64,000 nucleotides of DNA from an uncultured Gemmatimonadaceae bacterium (GCA_964391175.1 CAYMKQ010000002.1:8799-72798); one strand, 5' to 3'. Shown: positions 1 to 10,352, counted from the first letter of the stretch. Numbers and translations are program-made. Notes: a model not told the origin generated them from the sequence alone.

Positions 1-904
1 TGGCTCCGAAGGCTTCATGCGCATCAAGGAGCTCCTCTGGCCGACGATGGAGCGGATCGAGGAGATCCAGCGTGGCGGCGGATCGATCACGGGCGTCGCC
101 AGCGGGTTCAAGGACCTCGACGAGCTGACCGCAGGTTTTCAGCCATCGGATCTCATCATCGTCGCCGGTCGCCCTTCGATGGGGAAGACCGCATTCGTGC
201 TGAACATCGCGCAGAACGCCGCGCTCGATCACAATGTGCCGGTCGCATTCTTCTCGCTCGAGATGAGCAAGGAGCAGCTCGTGCAGCGTCTCCTCACTTC
301 TGAAGGCCGCGTCGACGCACAACGGCTCCGCAAGGGCAAGCTGCACGACGAAGAGTTCGTGCGGCTTGGGCGCGCTGCGGGAATTCTCAGCCACGCGCCG
401 ATCTGGATCGACGACACGCCCAGCATGACTCTGCTCGAGATGCGCTCCAAGGCCCGGCGCCTCAAGATGGAGAACAACATCGGGATGGTCGTCATCGACT
501 ATCTGCAGCTGATGCAGGGGCCGACGAACACGGAGAGCAGACAACAGGAGATCAGCTACATCTCGCGCTCTCTGAAGGCGCTCTCCCGCGAGTTGCGTGT
601 TCCCGTCGTCGCGCTCTCGCAGCTGTCGCGCGCGCCGGAGCAGCGCACCGGCGAGAACAAGCGCCCGCAGCTCTCGGACCTGCGCGAGTCGGGCGCGATT
701 GAACAGGATGCGGATCTCGTGATGTTCATTTACCGGCAGGAACTGTACGACGGTCCGACCGACAAGGACGGCAATTCCCTCGAGGGCCGCGCCGAGATCA
801 TCGTCGGCAAGCAGCGGAACGGGCCGACCGGATTCGTCAATCTCTATTTCAACAAGACCTACACGCGCTTCGAGAACCTCTCGCCTCGCCTCGCGACGCA
901 GTGA
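1..904 (+). CDS. dnaB: Replicative DNA helicase, C-terminal part (5' end lies before the window)
   Basis: Walker A GRPSMGKT, FSLEMS, IDYLQLM, LSQLSR, SDLRESGAIEQDAD and KQRNGPTG motifs. The frame is open back to the window edge. Confidence 0.97.
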   Translation, partial: GSEGFMRIKELLWPTMERIEEIQRGGGSITGVASGFKDLDELTAGFQPSDLIIVAGRPSMGKTAFVLNIAQNAALDHNVPVAFFSLEMSKEQLVQRLLTSEGRVDAQRLRKGKLHDEEFVRLGRAAGILSHAPIWIDDTPSMTLLEMRSKARRLKMENNIGMVVIDYLQLMQGPTNTESRQQEISYISRSLKALSRELRVPVVALSQLSRAPEQRTGENKRPQLSDLRESGAIEQDADLVMFIYRQELYDGPTDKDGNSLEGRAEIIVGKQRNGPTGFVNLYFNKTYTRFENLSPRLATQ

Positions 905-2298
905 GCCCCAAGGCAAAAACCGTTCATCGCTGCACCAACTGCGGCGCCGAGCACCCCAAGTGGGCGGGACGTTGCGACATCTGCGGCGAGTGGAACTCGC
1001 TGGTCGAAGAGATGGCGACGAAGTCGTCCGCCGCGACCGCGTCCGGACGCCGCGTTCGCGGCCAGAAGTCGATGGCGGAGGGGGGCAGCGTCAAGCCGAC
1101 GCCGAAACTCCGCGATGTGAAGAGCTCCGAAGGCCGCCGCCTCAAGACCGGCATCAATGAATTCGACTTCGTCCTGGGCGGCGGAATCGTTCCGGGGTCG
1201 ATGGTGCTCGTCGGGGGAGAACCCGGCATCGGGAAATCGACGCTCCTGCTTCAGGTCGCCGGGAAGCTTGAGGAGCGCGGGCATTCCACGCTCTATGTAT
1301 CGGGGGAGGAATCGGCGCTACAGGTCAAGCTCCGCGCCGAGCGTCTCGAAGGATCCGCCGAGGATGTCTCGCTCCTCAACGAGACGCTGCTCGAGACGAT
1401 ACTTGCGACGGCAGGCTCCCAGTCGCTCGACGCGATCGTGGTGGACTCGATCCAGACGGTTTTCACCGGCGATCTCGAGGGAGCTCCAGGAAATGTCGGG
1501 CAGGTGCGCGAGTGCGCGGCGCGGCTGATGCGATTCGCCAAGGAAACGGAAACGACGGTCTTCGTGGTGGGACACGTCACGAAGGGCGGAGGGATCGCGG
1601 GACCCAAGACCCTCGAACACATCGTGGACACCGTCCTCTACTTCGAGGGCGAGGGGATGCTGGAGCACCGAATCCTTCGGGCTACGAAGAACAGATTCGG
1701 CAGCGTCGACGAGATTGGCGTGTTCAGGATGACGGAGCAGGGCTTGATCGCGGTCGAGAATCCTTCCGAGCTATTCCTCGGCGATCGGCTGAGCAACTCG
1801 TCGGGGAGCGCGGTGACGGCGCTGCTCGAGGGATCGCGTCCGGTCCTGATCGAGATCCAGGGTCTGGCGGCGAAGGCCGGGTACGGAACGCCGCAGCGCG
1901 TGAGCACGGGCTACGACGCGCGTCGATTGGCCTTGCTTCTCGCCGTGCTCGACAAGAGAGCGGGGCTGTCGTTCTCGCAGTTGGATGTATTCCTCAACGT
2001 GGTTGGCGGCGTGCGCATACAGGAGCCGGCCGGTGATCTGGCAGTCGCGTCGGCGCTCGCGTCAAGCATATATGACCGGCCGGTGGCGAGCTCCGCGATT
2101 TTCCTCGGCGAGGTAGGACTTGGCGGTGAGATAAGGCCCGTGTCGCAGGCCGAACGGCGGCTCGGTGAGGCGGCGAAAATGGGAATGACCACCGCCTACA
2201 TGGCGGAGCGCGGAATGCCGAAGCGCGGCACACGCGGCATCGAGGTCGTGGGCGTGCGAACCGTCAACGATGTTTTTCGCCAGCTTTTCCACGGCTAG
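901..2298 (+). CDS. radA: DNA repair protein RadA/Sms
   Basis: N-terminal C4 zinc finger (CTNCG...GRCDICG), GEPGIGKST, KNRFG motif, Lon-like C-terminus (GEVGLGGEIR). Confidence 0.97.
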   Translation: MSPKAKTVHRCTNCGAEHPKWAGRCDICGEWNSLVEEMATKSSAATASGRRVRGQKSMAEGGSVKPTPKLRDVKSSEGRRLKTGINEFDFVLGGGIVPGSMVLVGGEPGIGKSTLLLQVAGKLEERGHSTLYVSGEESALQVKLRAERLEGSAEDVSLLNETLLETILATAGSQSLDAIVVDSIQTVFTGDLEGAPGNVGQVRECAARLMRFAKETETTVFVVGHVTKGGGIAGPKTLEHIVDTVLYFEGEGMLEHRILRATKNRFGSVDEIGVFRMTEQGLIAVENPSELFLGDRLSNSSGSAVTALLEGSRPVLIEIQGLAAKAGYGTPQRVSTGYDARRLALLLAVLDKRAGLSFSQLDVFLNVVGGVRIQEPAGDLAVASALASSIYDRPVASSAIFLGEVGLGGEIRPVSQAERRLGEAAKMGMTTAYMAERGMPKRGTRGIEVVGVRTVNDVFRQLFHG

Positions 2299-2988
2299 AT
2301 GAAGCGCGATGTCGGGGTGGTGATCGTCGCCGCGGGAAGCGGATCGCGCACCGGATCGACCGAGCTCAAGCAGTTTCGCTGGGTCGCGGGCAAGCCGATG
2401 CTCCTCCACAGCATTCAGATATTCCAGGCGCGGCTCGATGTCGCGATGGTAGTCTGCGTTCTGCCGCGCGAGCACGTGGGTGATCCCCCGCCGTGGATAT
2501 TCCAGAGCGACGCCGATCGGCTTCTCCTGTCGGTAGGCGGGCGCCACCGGAGCGAATCCGTCGCGAACGGGCTGGAGGATCTCCCGCCCGAGTGCGAGAT
2601 CGTGGTGATACACGACGCTGCGCGTCCGCTCGTCTCGAGCGAGACGATTTCTCGCGTGATCGACGAGGCGCGCAAGGGAAACGGCGCCGTCGCGGCGATT
2701 CCGGTGACGGATACGCTCAAGCGCATCGACTCTCACGACCGGGTCGTGATCACCGTGGATCGTGCCGGACTCTGGCGCGCGCAGACGCCTCAGGCATTCC
2801 CCAGAACAATGATCGAGAAGGCACATCGGGAAGCGCGCGAATCCAATCGCACCACGACGGACGACGCTGCGCTTTGCGAGCAGGCGGGCCTCCCCGTTGT
2901 AGTCGTCCGCGGCAGCGAGCGCGCCGCCAAGATCACAGAGGAGGCTGACTTCGCGTTGGTGGAGGCGCTGAGTATCTTCCGCGAATGA
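2299..2988 (+). CDS. ispD: 2-C-methyl-D-erythritol 4-phosphate cytidylyltransferase
   Basis: AAGSGSR..KQF, IHDAARP, AQTPQAF, TDDAAL, KIT motifs. Confidence 0.95.
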   Translation: MKRDVGVVIVAAGSGSRTGSTELKQFRWVAGKPMLLHSIQIFQARLDVAMVVCVLPREHVGDPPPWIFQSDADRLLLSVGGRHRSESVANGLEDLPPECEIVVIHDAARPLVSSETISRVIDEARKGNGAVAAIPVTDTLKRIDSHDRVVITVDRAGLWRAQTPQAFPRTMIEKAHREARESNRTTTDDAALCEQAGLPVVVVRGSERAAKITEEADFALVEALSIFRE

Positions 2989-3656
2989 AGCCTCCGCCGC
3001 TCGTCGTGCCGTTCTGGTCGCTCGGGGAGGTCGAGGCCGCGATCAACGGCACGCTGGCGCACCTGGAGGCGGGAGGAGTGCTCGCATATCCGACAGAGAC
3101 CGTTTACGGCTTCGGCGGCGCCGTCGATGAGCGCTCCGTCCAGAGGCTCGTCGACCTGAAGGGACGAGCACCGGGCAAGCCATTCCTGCTGCTCGTCGCG
3201 GCAAGTGTGATGATCACGAGGCTCGAGCTTCGTCTCACGAGCTATGCTTCGCTGCTCGCGGCCCGCTTCTGGCCGGGACCGCTGACGCTGGTGCTTCCCG
3301 GCGGTGAAAAGCGCGTACCGGATCGGCTGCGCGGACCAGAGGGCGGCGTCGCTGTCCGCTGGACACCCCATCGATCGCTGGCGCGATTGATTCTCGCGCA
3401 CGGCGAGCCGATAACGTCCACCAGCGCGAACCGGCCGGGGGCTCCGCCCGCGACCTCGGCCGACCAGATCGTGACGCAGTGGAGCGATGCGATCAATCGA
3501 GGTACGCTGCGGGTTCTCGATGGGGGACGGCTCCGAGAGTCCGAGCCGTCTACGGTGGTCGACTGCACTGGGAAGCGGCCGCGTGTCATACGGCCGGGAG
3601 CGATCTCGGCCGCGAAGCTGAGAGAGAGCGTACCGGACCTGGTGGGGGATGCGTAG
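2985..3656 (+). CDS. tsaC: L-threonylcarbamoyladenylate synthase (YrdC/Sua5 family)
   Basis: YPTETVYG, KGR...KP, FWPGPLT, STSAN, STVVD motifs. Confidence 0.92.
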   Translation: MKPPPLVVPFWSLGEVEAAINGTLAHLEAGGVLAYPTETVYGFGGAVDERSVQRLVDLKGRAPGKPFLLLVAASVMITRLELRLTSYASLLAARFWPGPLTLVLPGGEKRVPDRLRGPEGGVAVRWTPHRSLARLILAHGEPITSTSANRPGAPPATSADQIVTQWSDAINRGTLRVLDGGRLRESEPSTVVDCTGKRPRVIRPGAISAAKLRESVPDLVGDA

Positions 3657-3659
3657 GAG

Positions 3660-4106
3660 ATGAATATCCTCTTCGTGTGCACGGGCAATACGTGCCGCAG
3701 TCCGCTCGCGGAAGCGCTCGCCCGCAAGATCGCGCAGCGGCGGGGATTGGAGGCGGTGAGTGTCTCGAGCGCTGGCACGAACGCGTGGGACAACATTCCG
3801 GCGACCGACGAGGCGCTGCTGGTTGGAATGGAGCGGCAGCTCGATCTCACCGGCCATCGCGCGAGAATGCTCACCCCCGCCATCGTCTCGGAAGCAGACC
3901 TGATCTTCGTGATGACACCCAGCCACCTCGACCAGGTGAGGCAGCTAGGCGGACGCGGCAAGGCGCACGTGCTCGACGAATACGCCTCGGGAACCGGAAA
4001 TCCTGGTATCACCGATCCCTACGGTGGCGACCTCACCGCATATCGGAGCACCGCCGATGTGCTGGAGCGCGAGATCGAGAAAGTGTTCGACCGGCTCGCC
4101 GGCTGA
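3660..4106 (+). CDS. Low-molecular-weight protein phosphatase (YwlE-like arginine phosphatase)
   Basis: P-loop CTGNTCRS and DPYG motif. GGAG RBS just upstream. Confidence 0.9.
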   Translation: MNILFVCTGNTCRSPLAEALARKIAQRRGLEAVSVSSAGTNAWDNIPATDEALLVGMERQLDLTGHRARMLTPAIVSEADLIFVMTPSHLDQVRQLGGRGKAHVLDEYASGTGNPGITDPYGGDLTAYRSTADVLEREIEKVFDRLAG

Positions 4107-4110
4107 CTCC

Positions 4111-4926
4111 ATGCGAGCGATTCTCGAGTATCCCGGGCGCCTGGTTCTCCTGGGTAATCCGGTAAGTCATTCACTCTCGCCGGTTTTTCAGAACGCCGCG
4201 CTGAAGGCCGCGGACATGCCGCTCTCGTACGAGGCGATCGACGTCGAGCCCCGAGCCCTCAGTCGAGTGCTCGCCGAGCTCCAGCGATCGCGCGCCGCTG
4301 GCAACGTAACAATCCCCCACAAGACGGCTGTCCATGATTCCTGTGACGATCTGACCGAAATCGCGAAGCGCGTCGGGGCGGTGAACACGTTCTGGTACGA
4401 ATCCGGCCGGCTTCACGGGGACAACACAGACGTCGGCGGATTCGACGCGGCCGCTCGTGCTCTTCTCGGCGGGGAGATGGACGGCATTCGGCTGGTGCTG
4501 CTCGGTGCGGGAGGAGCCGCGGCGGCTGTGCTGGCGGCCGCGGAACGGTGGAGAAACGCAAAAGTGGCGATCGTGAGCCGAAACGTCGAGCGCGCCACCG
4601 CGCTGGCAGGGCGGTTTCCCGATGTAGCACGCGTTGAAAGGAACGCCTCTCGTACGATGGACGGCGCCACCTTGATTGTGAACGCAACACCCGTCGGCCA
4701 GCACGATGACGACCATCCGTTCGAAGTCTCTCGAATACCAGGAGGTGTGGCGGTGCTGGATCTCGTCTACCGTCGCGGCGGAACGTCCTGGGTGAGGGCG
4801 GCGAAGGAAAGGGGCAATCGAGCGGCCGACGGTCTCCCGATGCTGCTCGAGCAGGGTGCGCTCTCCTTCCGACGCTGGTTCGGCATCGAGCCCGACCGGG
4901 ATGCAATGAGGGTGTCGCTGTTATAG
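4111..4926 (+). CDS. aroE: Shikimate dehydrogenase
   Basis: GNPVSHSLSP, NVTIPHK, GAVNT, DNTD, GAGGAA, NATPVG motifs. Start placed at ATG 4111 rather than the ORF-track start. Confidence 0.93.
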   Translation: MRAILEYPGRLVLLGNPVSHSLSPVFQNAALKAADMPLSYEAIDVEPRALSRVLAELQRSRAAGNVTIPHKTAVHDSCDDLTEIAKRVGAVNTFWYESGRLHGDNTDVGGFDAAARALLGGEMDGIRLVLLGAGGAAAAVLAAAERWRNAKVAIVSRNVERATALAGRFPDVARVERNASRTMDGATLIVNATPVGQHDDDHPFEVSRIPGGVAVLDLVYRRGGTSWVRAAKERGNRAADGLPMLLEQGALSFRRWFGIEPDRDAMRVSLL

Positions 4927-4982
4927 CCGGAGTCCGTTGCGCCAGCTCTGTCCGGCGGCATCTGGCCGGCGCGCTGGATCTC

Positions 4983-5684
4983 GTGCTCCCTCTGGCTTGT
5001 GTCTCGTGCGAGAGGCTGCTCGGCGCTGCTGATCGAGGCATCGTTTGCAGCCTTTGCTGGTCCAGGCTGCCGCATCTGCCCTTCCCACAATGCGACCGCT
5101 GCGGTCATCCGCTCTCTTCCGGCAGTTGTCGCTGGTGCGAGCTGCTGCCTCCGTTCATCCGCGCGGTGCGATCCGTATGCTGGATGCCGCTCGAGCCCGC
5201 CTCCGGAATCGTTCACGCGCTCAAGTACGGGGGCTGGTCGGGAGCCGCGGGTGCAATGGGCGAGCGCATGAGCCGTCTCGCGTGGCCACGCGACGTCGTG
5301 GAGGAGCGTGCCGCGCTCGTTCCGGTCCCGCTCGCTTCAGCGAGAGAACGAGAGCGTGGCTATAATCAGAGTGCGCTTCTCGCGGGCGCGCTGGCGGGGC
5401 GGTGGCGCATCCCGGTGTGGCGAGAAGTCGTGATCCGCTCACGCGAGACACGCTCACAGACGGAGTTGACACCCGAGCAGCGCCTTGGCAACGTTGCAGG
5501 CTCGTTTCGCATCGACGGACGCTGCCGCGCGGACTTGAGCGGAGCGCACGTCGTCATTGTCGATGATGTCGTGACAACCGCCGCAACGCTCAACGAGTGC
5601 GCAAGGGTGCTCTACGACGCCGGAGCGCGGATTATCAGCTACGTGACCTTTGGCCGGGCCCGCGCGAGCGGAGACTGGCTGTAA
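4983..5684 (+). CDS. ComF family double zinc ribbon / phosphoribosyltransferase-domain protein
   Basis: CxxC pairs, RGYNQS, VDDVVTT PRT motif. Start uncertain. Confidence 0.88.
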   Translation: MLPLACVSCERLLGAADRGIVCSLCWSRLPHLPFPQCDRCGHPLSSGSCRWCELLPPFIRAVRSVCWMPLEPASGIVHALKYGGWSGAAGAMGERMSRLAWPRDVVEERAALVPVPLASARERERGYNQSALLAGALAGRWRIPVWREVVIRSRETRSQTELTPEQRLGNVAGSFRIDGRCRADLSGAHVVIVDDVVTTAATLNECARVLYDAGARIISYVTFGRARASGDWL

Positions 5685-5701
5685 CCGAGGGAGTTACCGG
5701 A

Positions 5702-6715
5702 ATGGCGACAAGGGTGGGAATCAACGGGTTCGGTCGTATCGGCAGGCAGGTCCTTCGTGCGGCGAAGGAGCAGGGCGTCGCCGATCTCGATTTCGTCGCG
5801 GTCAACGACCTGACCGACACCCGCACGCTCGCGCACCTGTTCAAGTACGACTCGGTGCACGGCACCTACCAGGGCGATGTTGAGGCTGGAAAGGAATCCA
5901 TCATCGTCGACGGCGATGAGATAAAGATCCTCTCACAGAAGGATCCGTCCGCGCTCCCGTGGAAGGACCTCGGGGTCGATATCGTGCTCGAATCAACCGG
6001 GCGCTTCACCAGCGCGCCTGACGCGCGCAAGCACATCGACAGCGGCGCAAAAAAGGTGGTGATCTCGGCGCCGGCAAAAGGCGAGGACATCACCATCGTC
6101 ATGGGCGTCAACAGCGACAAGTACGATTCGGCGAAGCATACGATCGTGTCCAACGCGTCGTGCACGACGAACTGCCTCGTACCGATGGTGAAAGTCATTC
6201 GCGATGCATTCGGCTTCCGCCACGGCTCGATGGTGACGATCCACAGTTACACCAACGATCAGCAGATTCTCGACCTTCCGCACAAGGATCTGCGCCGCGC
6301 GCGGGCGGCGGCGCTGTCGATGATCCCCACCACGACCGGAGCGGCCAAGGCGACGTCGCTCGTAATTCCAGAGGTGAAGGGGAAAATCGACGGCAGCGCG
6401 ATCCGGGTGCCGACACCGGATGTGTCGCTGACATGCCTCACCGTGGAAGTCGAGAAGTCCGGCGCGACAATCGAGACGGTGAACGCCGCGTTCCGAAAGG
6501 CAGCCGAGGGGCCGCTCGAGGGAATCATCCGCTATACCGAAGAAGAGCTGGTGTCAAGCGATTACATCGGCGACCCGGCGTCGTGCATTCTCGACGCCAA
6601 GACGACCAACGTCATCGACGGCACGCTCGTCACGGTTCAGGGCTGGTACGACAACGAATGGGGCTACGCGTCGCGCTGCGTCGACATGCTGCGGTTCATG
6701 GGCGCACGGCTCTAG
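5702..6715 (+). CDS. gap: Type I glyceraldehyde-3-phosphate dehydrogenase
   Basis: [26 protein letters not shown] motifs. Start at ATG 5702. Confidence 0.98.
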   Translation: MATRVGINGFGRIGRQVLRAAKEQGVADLDFVAVNDLTDTRTLAHLFKYDSVHGTYQGDVEAGKESIIVDGDEIKILSQKDPSALPWKDLGVDIVLESTGRFTSAPDARKHIDSGAKKVVISAPAKGEDITIVMGVNSDKYDSAKHTIVSNASCTTNCLVPMVKVIRDAFGFRHGSMVTIHSYTNDQQILDLPHKDLRRARAAALSMIPTTTGAAKATSLVIPEVKGKIDGSAIRVPTPDVSLTCLTVEVEKSGATIETVNAAFRKAAEGPLEGIIRYTEEELVSSDYIGDPASCILDAKTTNVIDGTLVTVQGWYDNEWGYASRCVDMLRFMGARL

Positions 6716-6732
6716 CGAGCGGCGGGGGAAAC

Positions 6733-7929
6733 GTGAGGAAGAAGAGCGTCCGCGATCTCGCCGAAGAGGAGATCAGAGGCAAGCGCGCTCTCGTGCGAGT
6801 CGACTTCAACGTCCCCCTGGATGACAAGGGAGAGATCACGGACGATACGCGCATCCGGGCCGCGCTCCCAACGCTCGAGCTCCTGCTCGACCGCGGTGCC
6901 CGCCCCGTAATTCTTTCCCATCTCGGCAGGCCGAAGGGAAAGCCCGAGCTCAGGTACTCTCTCCAGCCGGTCGCGAAGCGGCTCGCCGAGCTCGTCGGCC
7001 GAACTGTGAACTTCGTCGAGTCCACCGATTCCGACGAGGCCGTGCAGGCCACCCACGCTCTCCAACCGGGACAGATTCTAGTACTCGAGAATACCCGCTT
7101 CCTCGGTGGCGAGGAAAAGAACGATCCGCGCCTTTCTCGCGCGCTCGCCGAGCTCGGCGACTTCTTCGTCAACGACGCGTTCGGCGCCGCTCACCGCGCC
7201 CATTCTTCGACGGCCGGAGTCGCTGAATACCTCCGGCCGGCGGTGGCGGGGCTTCTGATGCAGAAAGAGCTCGACTACCTGGGCGGCGCGCTGAACGCTC
7301 CGAAGCGACCCTTTGTCGCGATACTCGGCGGGTCGAAGATCTCGGGAAAGATCGATGTCATCGAGCAGCTGCTTCCCAAAGTCGATGCGCTTCTCATCGG
7401 TGGAGCAATGGCCTGCACTTTTTACAAAGCAATGGGACTGGAGACAGGTAAGTCCCTGGTGGAAGCGGATCGTGTCGCGATGGCGAAGGATCTCCTCGCA
7501 CGCGCAGGAACGCGGCTGACGCTTCCGCACGATGCTGTCGTGGCGGCATCGCTCGAGGACGCTCGCTCCGCGAGCGCGGTCCCGAGAAACGCGATCCCGA
7601 AGGACAAGTTGATGTTCGACATCGGGCCGCAGTCGGCGGCGTCGTACTCGCGCGCTATTGCAGCGGCGAAAACGGTGATCTGGAACGGACCGATGGGAGT
7701 GTTCGAGACGCCGCCTTTCGATGCTGGTACGCGCGCCATTGCGGAGGCGATGGCAAGCGCGACGTCGAAGGGCGCCACGACAATCGTCGGTGGCGGTGAC
7801 TCTGCCTCAGCGGTGAGCGAGGCGGGTCTCGCGGACAAGATGAGCCACGTCTCCACCGGCGGCGGCGCATCACTCGAGTTCCTCGAGGGAAAAGCGCTGC
7901 CGGGCGTGGAAGCGCTCGACGAGGCCTGA
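6733..7929 (+). CDS. pgk: Phosphoglycerate kinase
   Basis: VRVDFNVP, SHLGRP, NDAFGAAHRAH, GGGDS, HVSTGGGASLE motifs. GTG start at 6733. Confidence 0.98.
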   Translation: MRKKSVRDLAEEEIRGKRALVRVDFNVPLDDKGEITDDTRIRAALPTLELLLDRGARPVILSHLGRPKGKPELRYSLQPVAKRLAELVGRTVNFVESTDSDEAVQATHALQPGQILVLENTRFLGGEEKNDPRLSRALAELGDFFVNDAFGAAHRAHSSTAGVAEYLRPAVAGLLMQKELDYLGGALNAPKRPFVAILGGSKISGKIDVIEQLLPKVDALLIGGAMACTFYKAMGLETGKSLVEADRVAMAKDLLARAGTRLTLPHDAVVAASLEDARSASAVPRNAIPKDKLMFDIGPQSAASYSRAIAAAKTVIWNGPMGVFETPPFDAGTRAIAEAMASATSKGATTIVGGGDSASAVSEAGLADKMSHVSTGGGASLEFLEGKALPGVEALDEA

Positions 7930-7930
7930 C

Positions 7931-8680
7931 GTGAAGCGTCCCGTCCTCGCCGCGAACTGGAAGATGCACCACGGCCCGACGGCGGCGAAGTCGTTCATCG
8001 ACGGGTTCCTCTCGGGATACGCTCCACGCGAAGACCGGACTGTGATCATCTTCCCCGGGGCCGTTGCGGTGAGCCTCGTCGCCACCGCTACTGCGGGTCG
8101 CAAGGATGTCCTGGCCGGGATCCAGAACATCCACTGGGCGGAGAAGGGAGCTTTCACCGGCGAGATCTCGGCGGGAATGGCCAGGGACGCTGGCGCGCGC
8201 GTGACTCTCGTCGGTCACTCGGAGAGACGACATGTCTTCGGAGAGACGGATGCACAGGTCGCGAAAAAATGCGCCGCCGCGGCGCGCACGGGACTAGCAT
8301 TCATTTTGTGCGTCGGTGAGACGATCGTGCAGAGAGAGGCTGGAGAGACAACCACCGTCGTGCGCCGCCAGCTGCGCGATGGACTCTCGCAGACGCCGAA
8401 TCTCATCTCCGCCGATTTTCTGCTCGCATACGAGCCGGTATGGGCGATCGGAACGGGTCTCACGGCATCCGCGGATGATGCCTCGGCGATTCACACGCTG
8501 CTTCGCTTCGAGCTTCGCGACATGATCGGCACGCGAGCCGATGACATTCCCATACTCTATGGAGGCAGCGTCAACGTCGGGAATGCGGCGTCTCTGCTTG
8601 CCGCTCCCGAGATCGACGGCCTGCTCGTTGGCGGTGCGAGCCTGGAGGTGTCATCCTGGCTCACGATCGTGCAGGCTTGA
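7931..8680 (+). CDS. tpiA: Triosephosphate isomerase
   Basis: NWKM, GHSERR, AYEPVWAIGTG, YGGSV, LVGGASL motifs. Confidence 0.97.
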   Translation: MKRPVLAANWKMHHGPTAAKSFIDGFLSGYAPREDRTVIIFPGAVAVSLVATATAGRKDVLAGIQNIHWAEKGAFTGEISAGMARDAGARVTLVGHSERRHVFGETDAQVAKKCAAAARTGLAFILCVGETIVQREAGETTTVVRRQLRDGLSQTPNLISADFLLAYEPVWAIGTGLTASADDASAIHTLLRFELRDMIGTRADDIPILYGGSVNVGNAASLLAAPEIDGLLVGGASLEVSSWLTIVQA

Positions 8681-8705
8681 CTCGATTCCTGGAGCCACCG
8701 ATATT
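8677..8705 (+). promoter_or_regulatory. Putative sigma70 promoter for secG-carA
   Basis: TTGACT-17 bp-GATATT upstream of the secG ATG at 8738. Confidence 0.45.
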
Positions 8706-8737
8706 GAAAGGCCACCCCTGAAACCCCAATTCTCTCA

Positions 8738-9130
8738 ATGCTTTACACGTTTCTTCTGACCCTTCTCGTCATCGACTGCATCGTCGTGATCGGCGCGATC
8801 CTTCTCCAGAGCGGGAAGGGTGGCGGGCTCGCGGCGAGCTTCGGCGGCGCGAGCTCTTCTCCCGACGCCTTCATCGGAATCCGGCAGGCGGGAAATCTCC
8901 TCACCAATATGAGCTGGTGGGGTGGAGGCATCTTCCTCTTCCTCGCCTTCGCCCTTCAGATGCTGTCGTCGCACACCACTACTCCGCGCTCGGTCCTCGA
9001 GAAGGAGTTGGGCAGACCGCCGGTCAACACCGCGCCCGCCCCAACTTCGGCGCCAGCGGTTCCGCTCGAGCCGGCCCCGACGACAACAGCGCCGGCCACG
9101 ACACCTCCAGCCACCACCCCGCAGCGGTAA
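8738..9130 (+). CDS. secG: Preprotein translocase subunit SecG with Pro/Thr/Ala-rich tail
   Basis: Two TM helices, ILLQSGKGGGLAASFGG motif, canonical position after tpiA. Confidence 0.93.
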   Translation: MLYTFLLTLLVIDCIVVIGAILLQSGKGGGLAASFGGASSSPDAFIGIRQAGNLLTNMSWWGGGIFLFLAFALQMLSSHTTTPRSVLEKELGRPPVNTAPAPTSAPAVPLEPAPTTTAPATTPPATTPQR

Positions 9131-9148
9131 TTGACCACCGAGACTCGA

Positions 9149-10264
9149 ATGTCAGAACCGGGGTTCCTCCTCCTTGAGGACGGAACCCTTTTTCGTGGGC
9201 GCCTCAGCGCTCCCGTCGCAACCTCGATTCTTCCCGCAGTAGCCGAAGTGGTGTTCACGACGAACATGACCGGGTACCAGGAGGTCTTCACGGACCCATC
9301 CTATCGGGGGCAGATAGTCGTGATGACCGCGCCCCAGATCGGCAACTACGGCATTAATACGGAGGACCCGGAATCCGGAGCTCCTCAGGTGGCCGGCGTC
9401 GTCGTTCGTGAGCTGTCCCGCACCTACTCCAACTGGCGGGCCACGGGCGCATTGGGTAGCTGGCTCGCTGCGGCGCAAGTCCCTATCATAGAGGATGTTG
9501 ACACTAGGCGTCTCACGCGCCACTTGAGATCGGTCGGCGTGATGCGTGGAGTGATCGGCGCCGGTTCGGAGCCGGACGACGCGAGCCGCGCAGCGCTCGA
9601 GGCATGTCCGTCGATGGAGGGGCTCGACCTCGCTTCCAGAGTCTCGACCCGGGAGCGATACACCTGGGGAGATCCACGCGCGCGGCACCATATCGTCGCC
9701 TACGATTACGGTATCAAGAGGAATATCCTGCGGCTGTTCGGGGAGAACGACTGCCGCGTTACCGTGGTGCCCGCAAACACTCCGGCAGCGGCGGCGCTGG
9801 AGGATGAGCCCGATGGGCTTTTCCTCTCGAACGGTCCGGGCGATCCCGCCGCTATCTCATACGCTCAGGATACGATTCGAAGCCTCGCCTCGAGTGGAGT
9901 TCCCATTTTCGGCATCTGCCTCGGTCATCAGCTCCTCGGGCTCACGTTCGGAGGCTCGACGGCGAAGATGCCCTATGGGCACCGGGGCGGAAATCACCCG
10001 GTCAAGGAGGTCGAGACTGGACGCGTTCTGATCACATCGCAGAATCATGGGTTCGCGGTGGAGGGTGATGAGCATGCGGTGAAGGGGTCCACCGACCTCG
10101 AGGTTACGCACGTCAACCTCAACGATGGCACTATTGAAGGGCTCAGGCACCGGGATTTGCCCGTCTTCGGAGTGCAGTACCACCCCGAGGCGGCCCCCGG
10201 ACCTCACGATGCGCGGCCCCTGTTTCAGGAGTTTCTGAGCGGCCTCAAGGGGGCTGTCAGGTAG
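9149..10264 (+). CDS. carA: Carbamoyl-phosphate synthase small subunit
   Basis: LLLEDGT, EVVFTTNMTGYQE, SNGPGDP, GICLGHQ, SQNHGFAV, QYHPE motifs. Alternative TTG start at 9131. Confidence 0.96.
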   Translation: MSEPGFLLLEDGTLFRGRLSAPVATSILPAVAEVVFTTNMTGYQEVFTDPSYRGQIVVMTAPQIGNYGINTEDPESGAPQVAGVVVRELSRTYSNWRATGALGSWLAAAQVPIIEDVDTRRLTRHLRSVGVMRGVIGAGSEPDDASRAALEACPSMEGLDLASRVSTRERYTWGDPRARHHIVAYDYGIKRNILRLFGENDCRVTVVPANTPAAAALEDEPDGLFLSNGPGDPAAISYAQDTIRSLASSGVPIFGICLGHQLLGLTFGGSTAKMPYGHRGGNHPVKEVETGRVLITSQNHGFAVEGDEHAVKGSTDLEVTHVNLNDGTIEGLRHRDLPVFGVQYHPEAAPGPHDARPLFQEFLSGLKGAVR

Positions 10265-10277
10265 CCCTTGTGTTAGC

Positions 10278-10306
10278 TTGACAGTGTATCAGTAAAGCCA
10301 TAACTT
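10278..10306 (+). promoter_or_regulatory. Sigma70-type promoter for the HU/IHF-moa unit
   Basis: Perfect -35 TTGACA, 17 bp spacer, TAACTT. Confidence 0.65.
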
Positions 10307-10352
10307 CAAAGCACTTACGCTTCATCAGCGCGCCTTCATTCAGGGATTTTCA

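Noticed and set aside
6160-6732. Apparent long N-terminal extensions in the ORF track (pgk; likewise nuoI, nuoJ, mqnC, ndk, xerD, fabG, LptA-like)
   Set aside because: They overlap upstream genes in another frame. Real starts lie at the stop/start junctions.
9130-9149. tRNA-Leu often found after secG
   Set aside because: Only 18 nt separate secG from carA, leaving no room for a cloverleaf.
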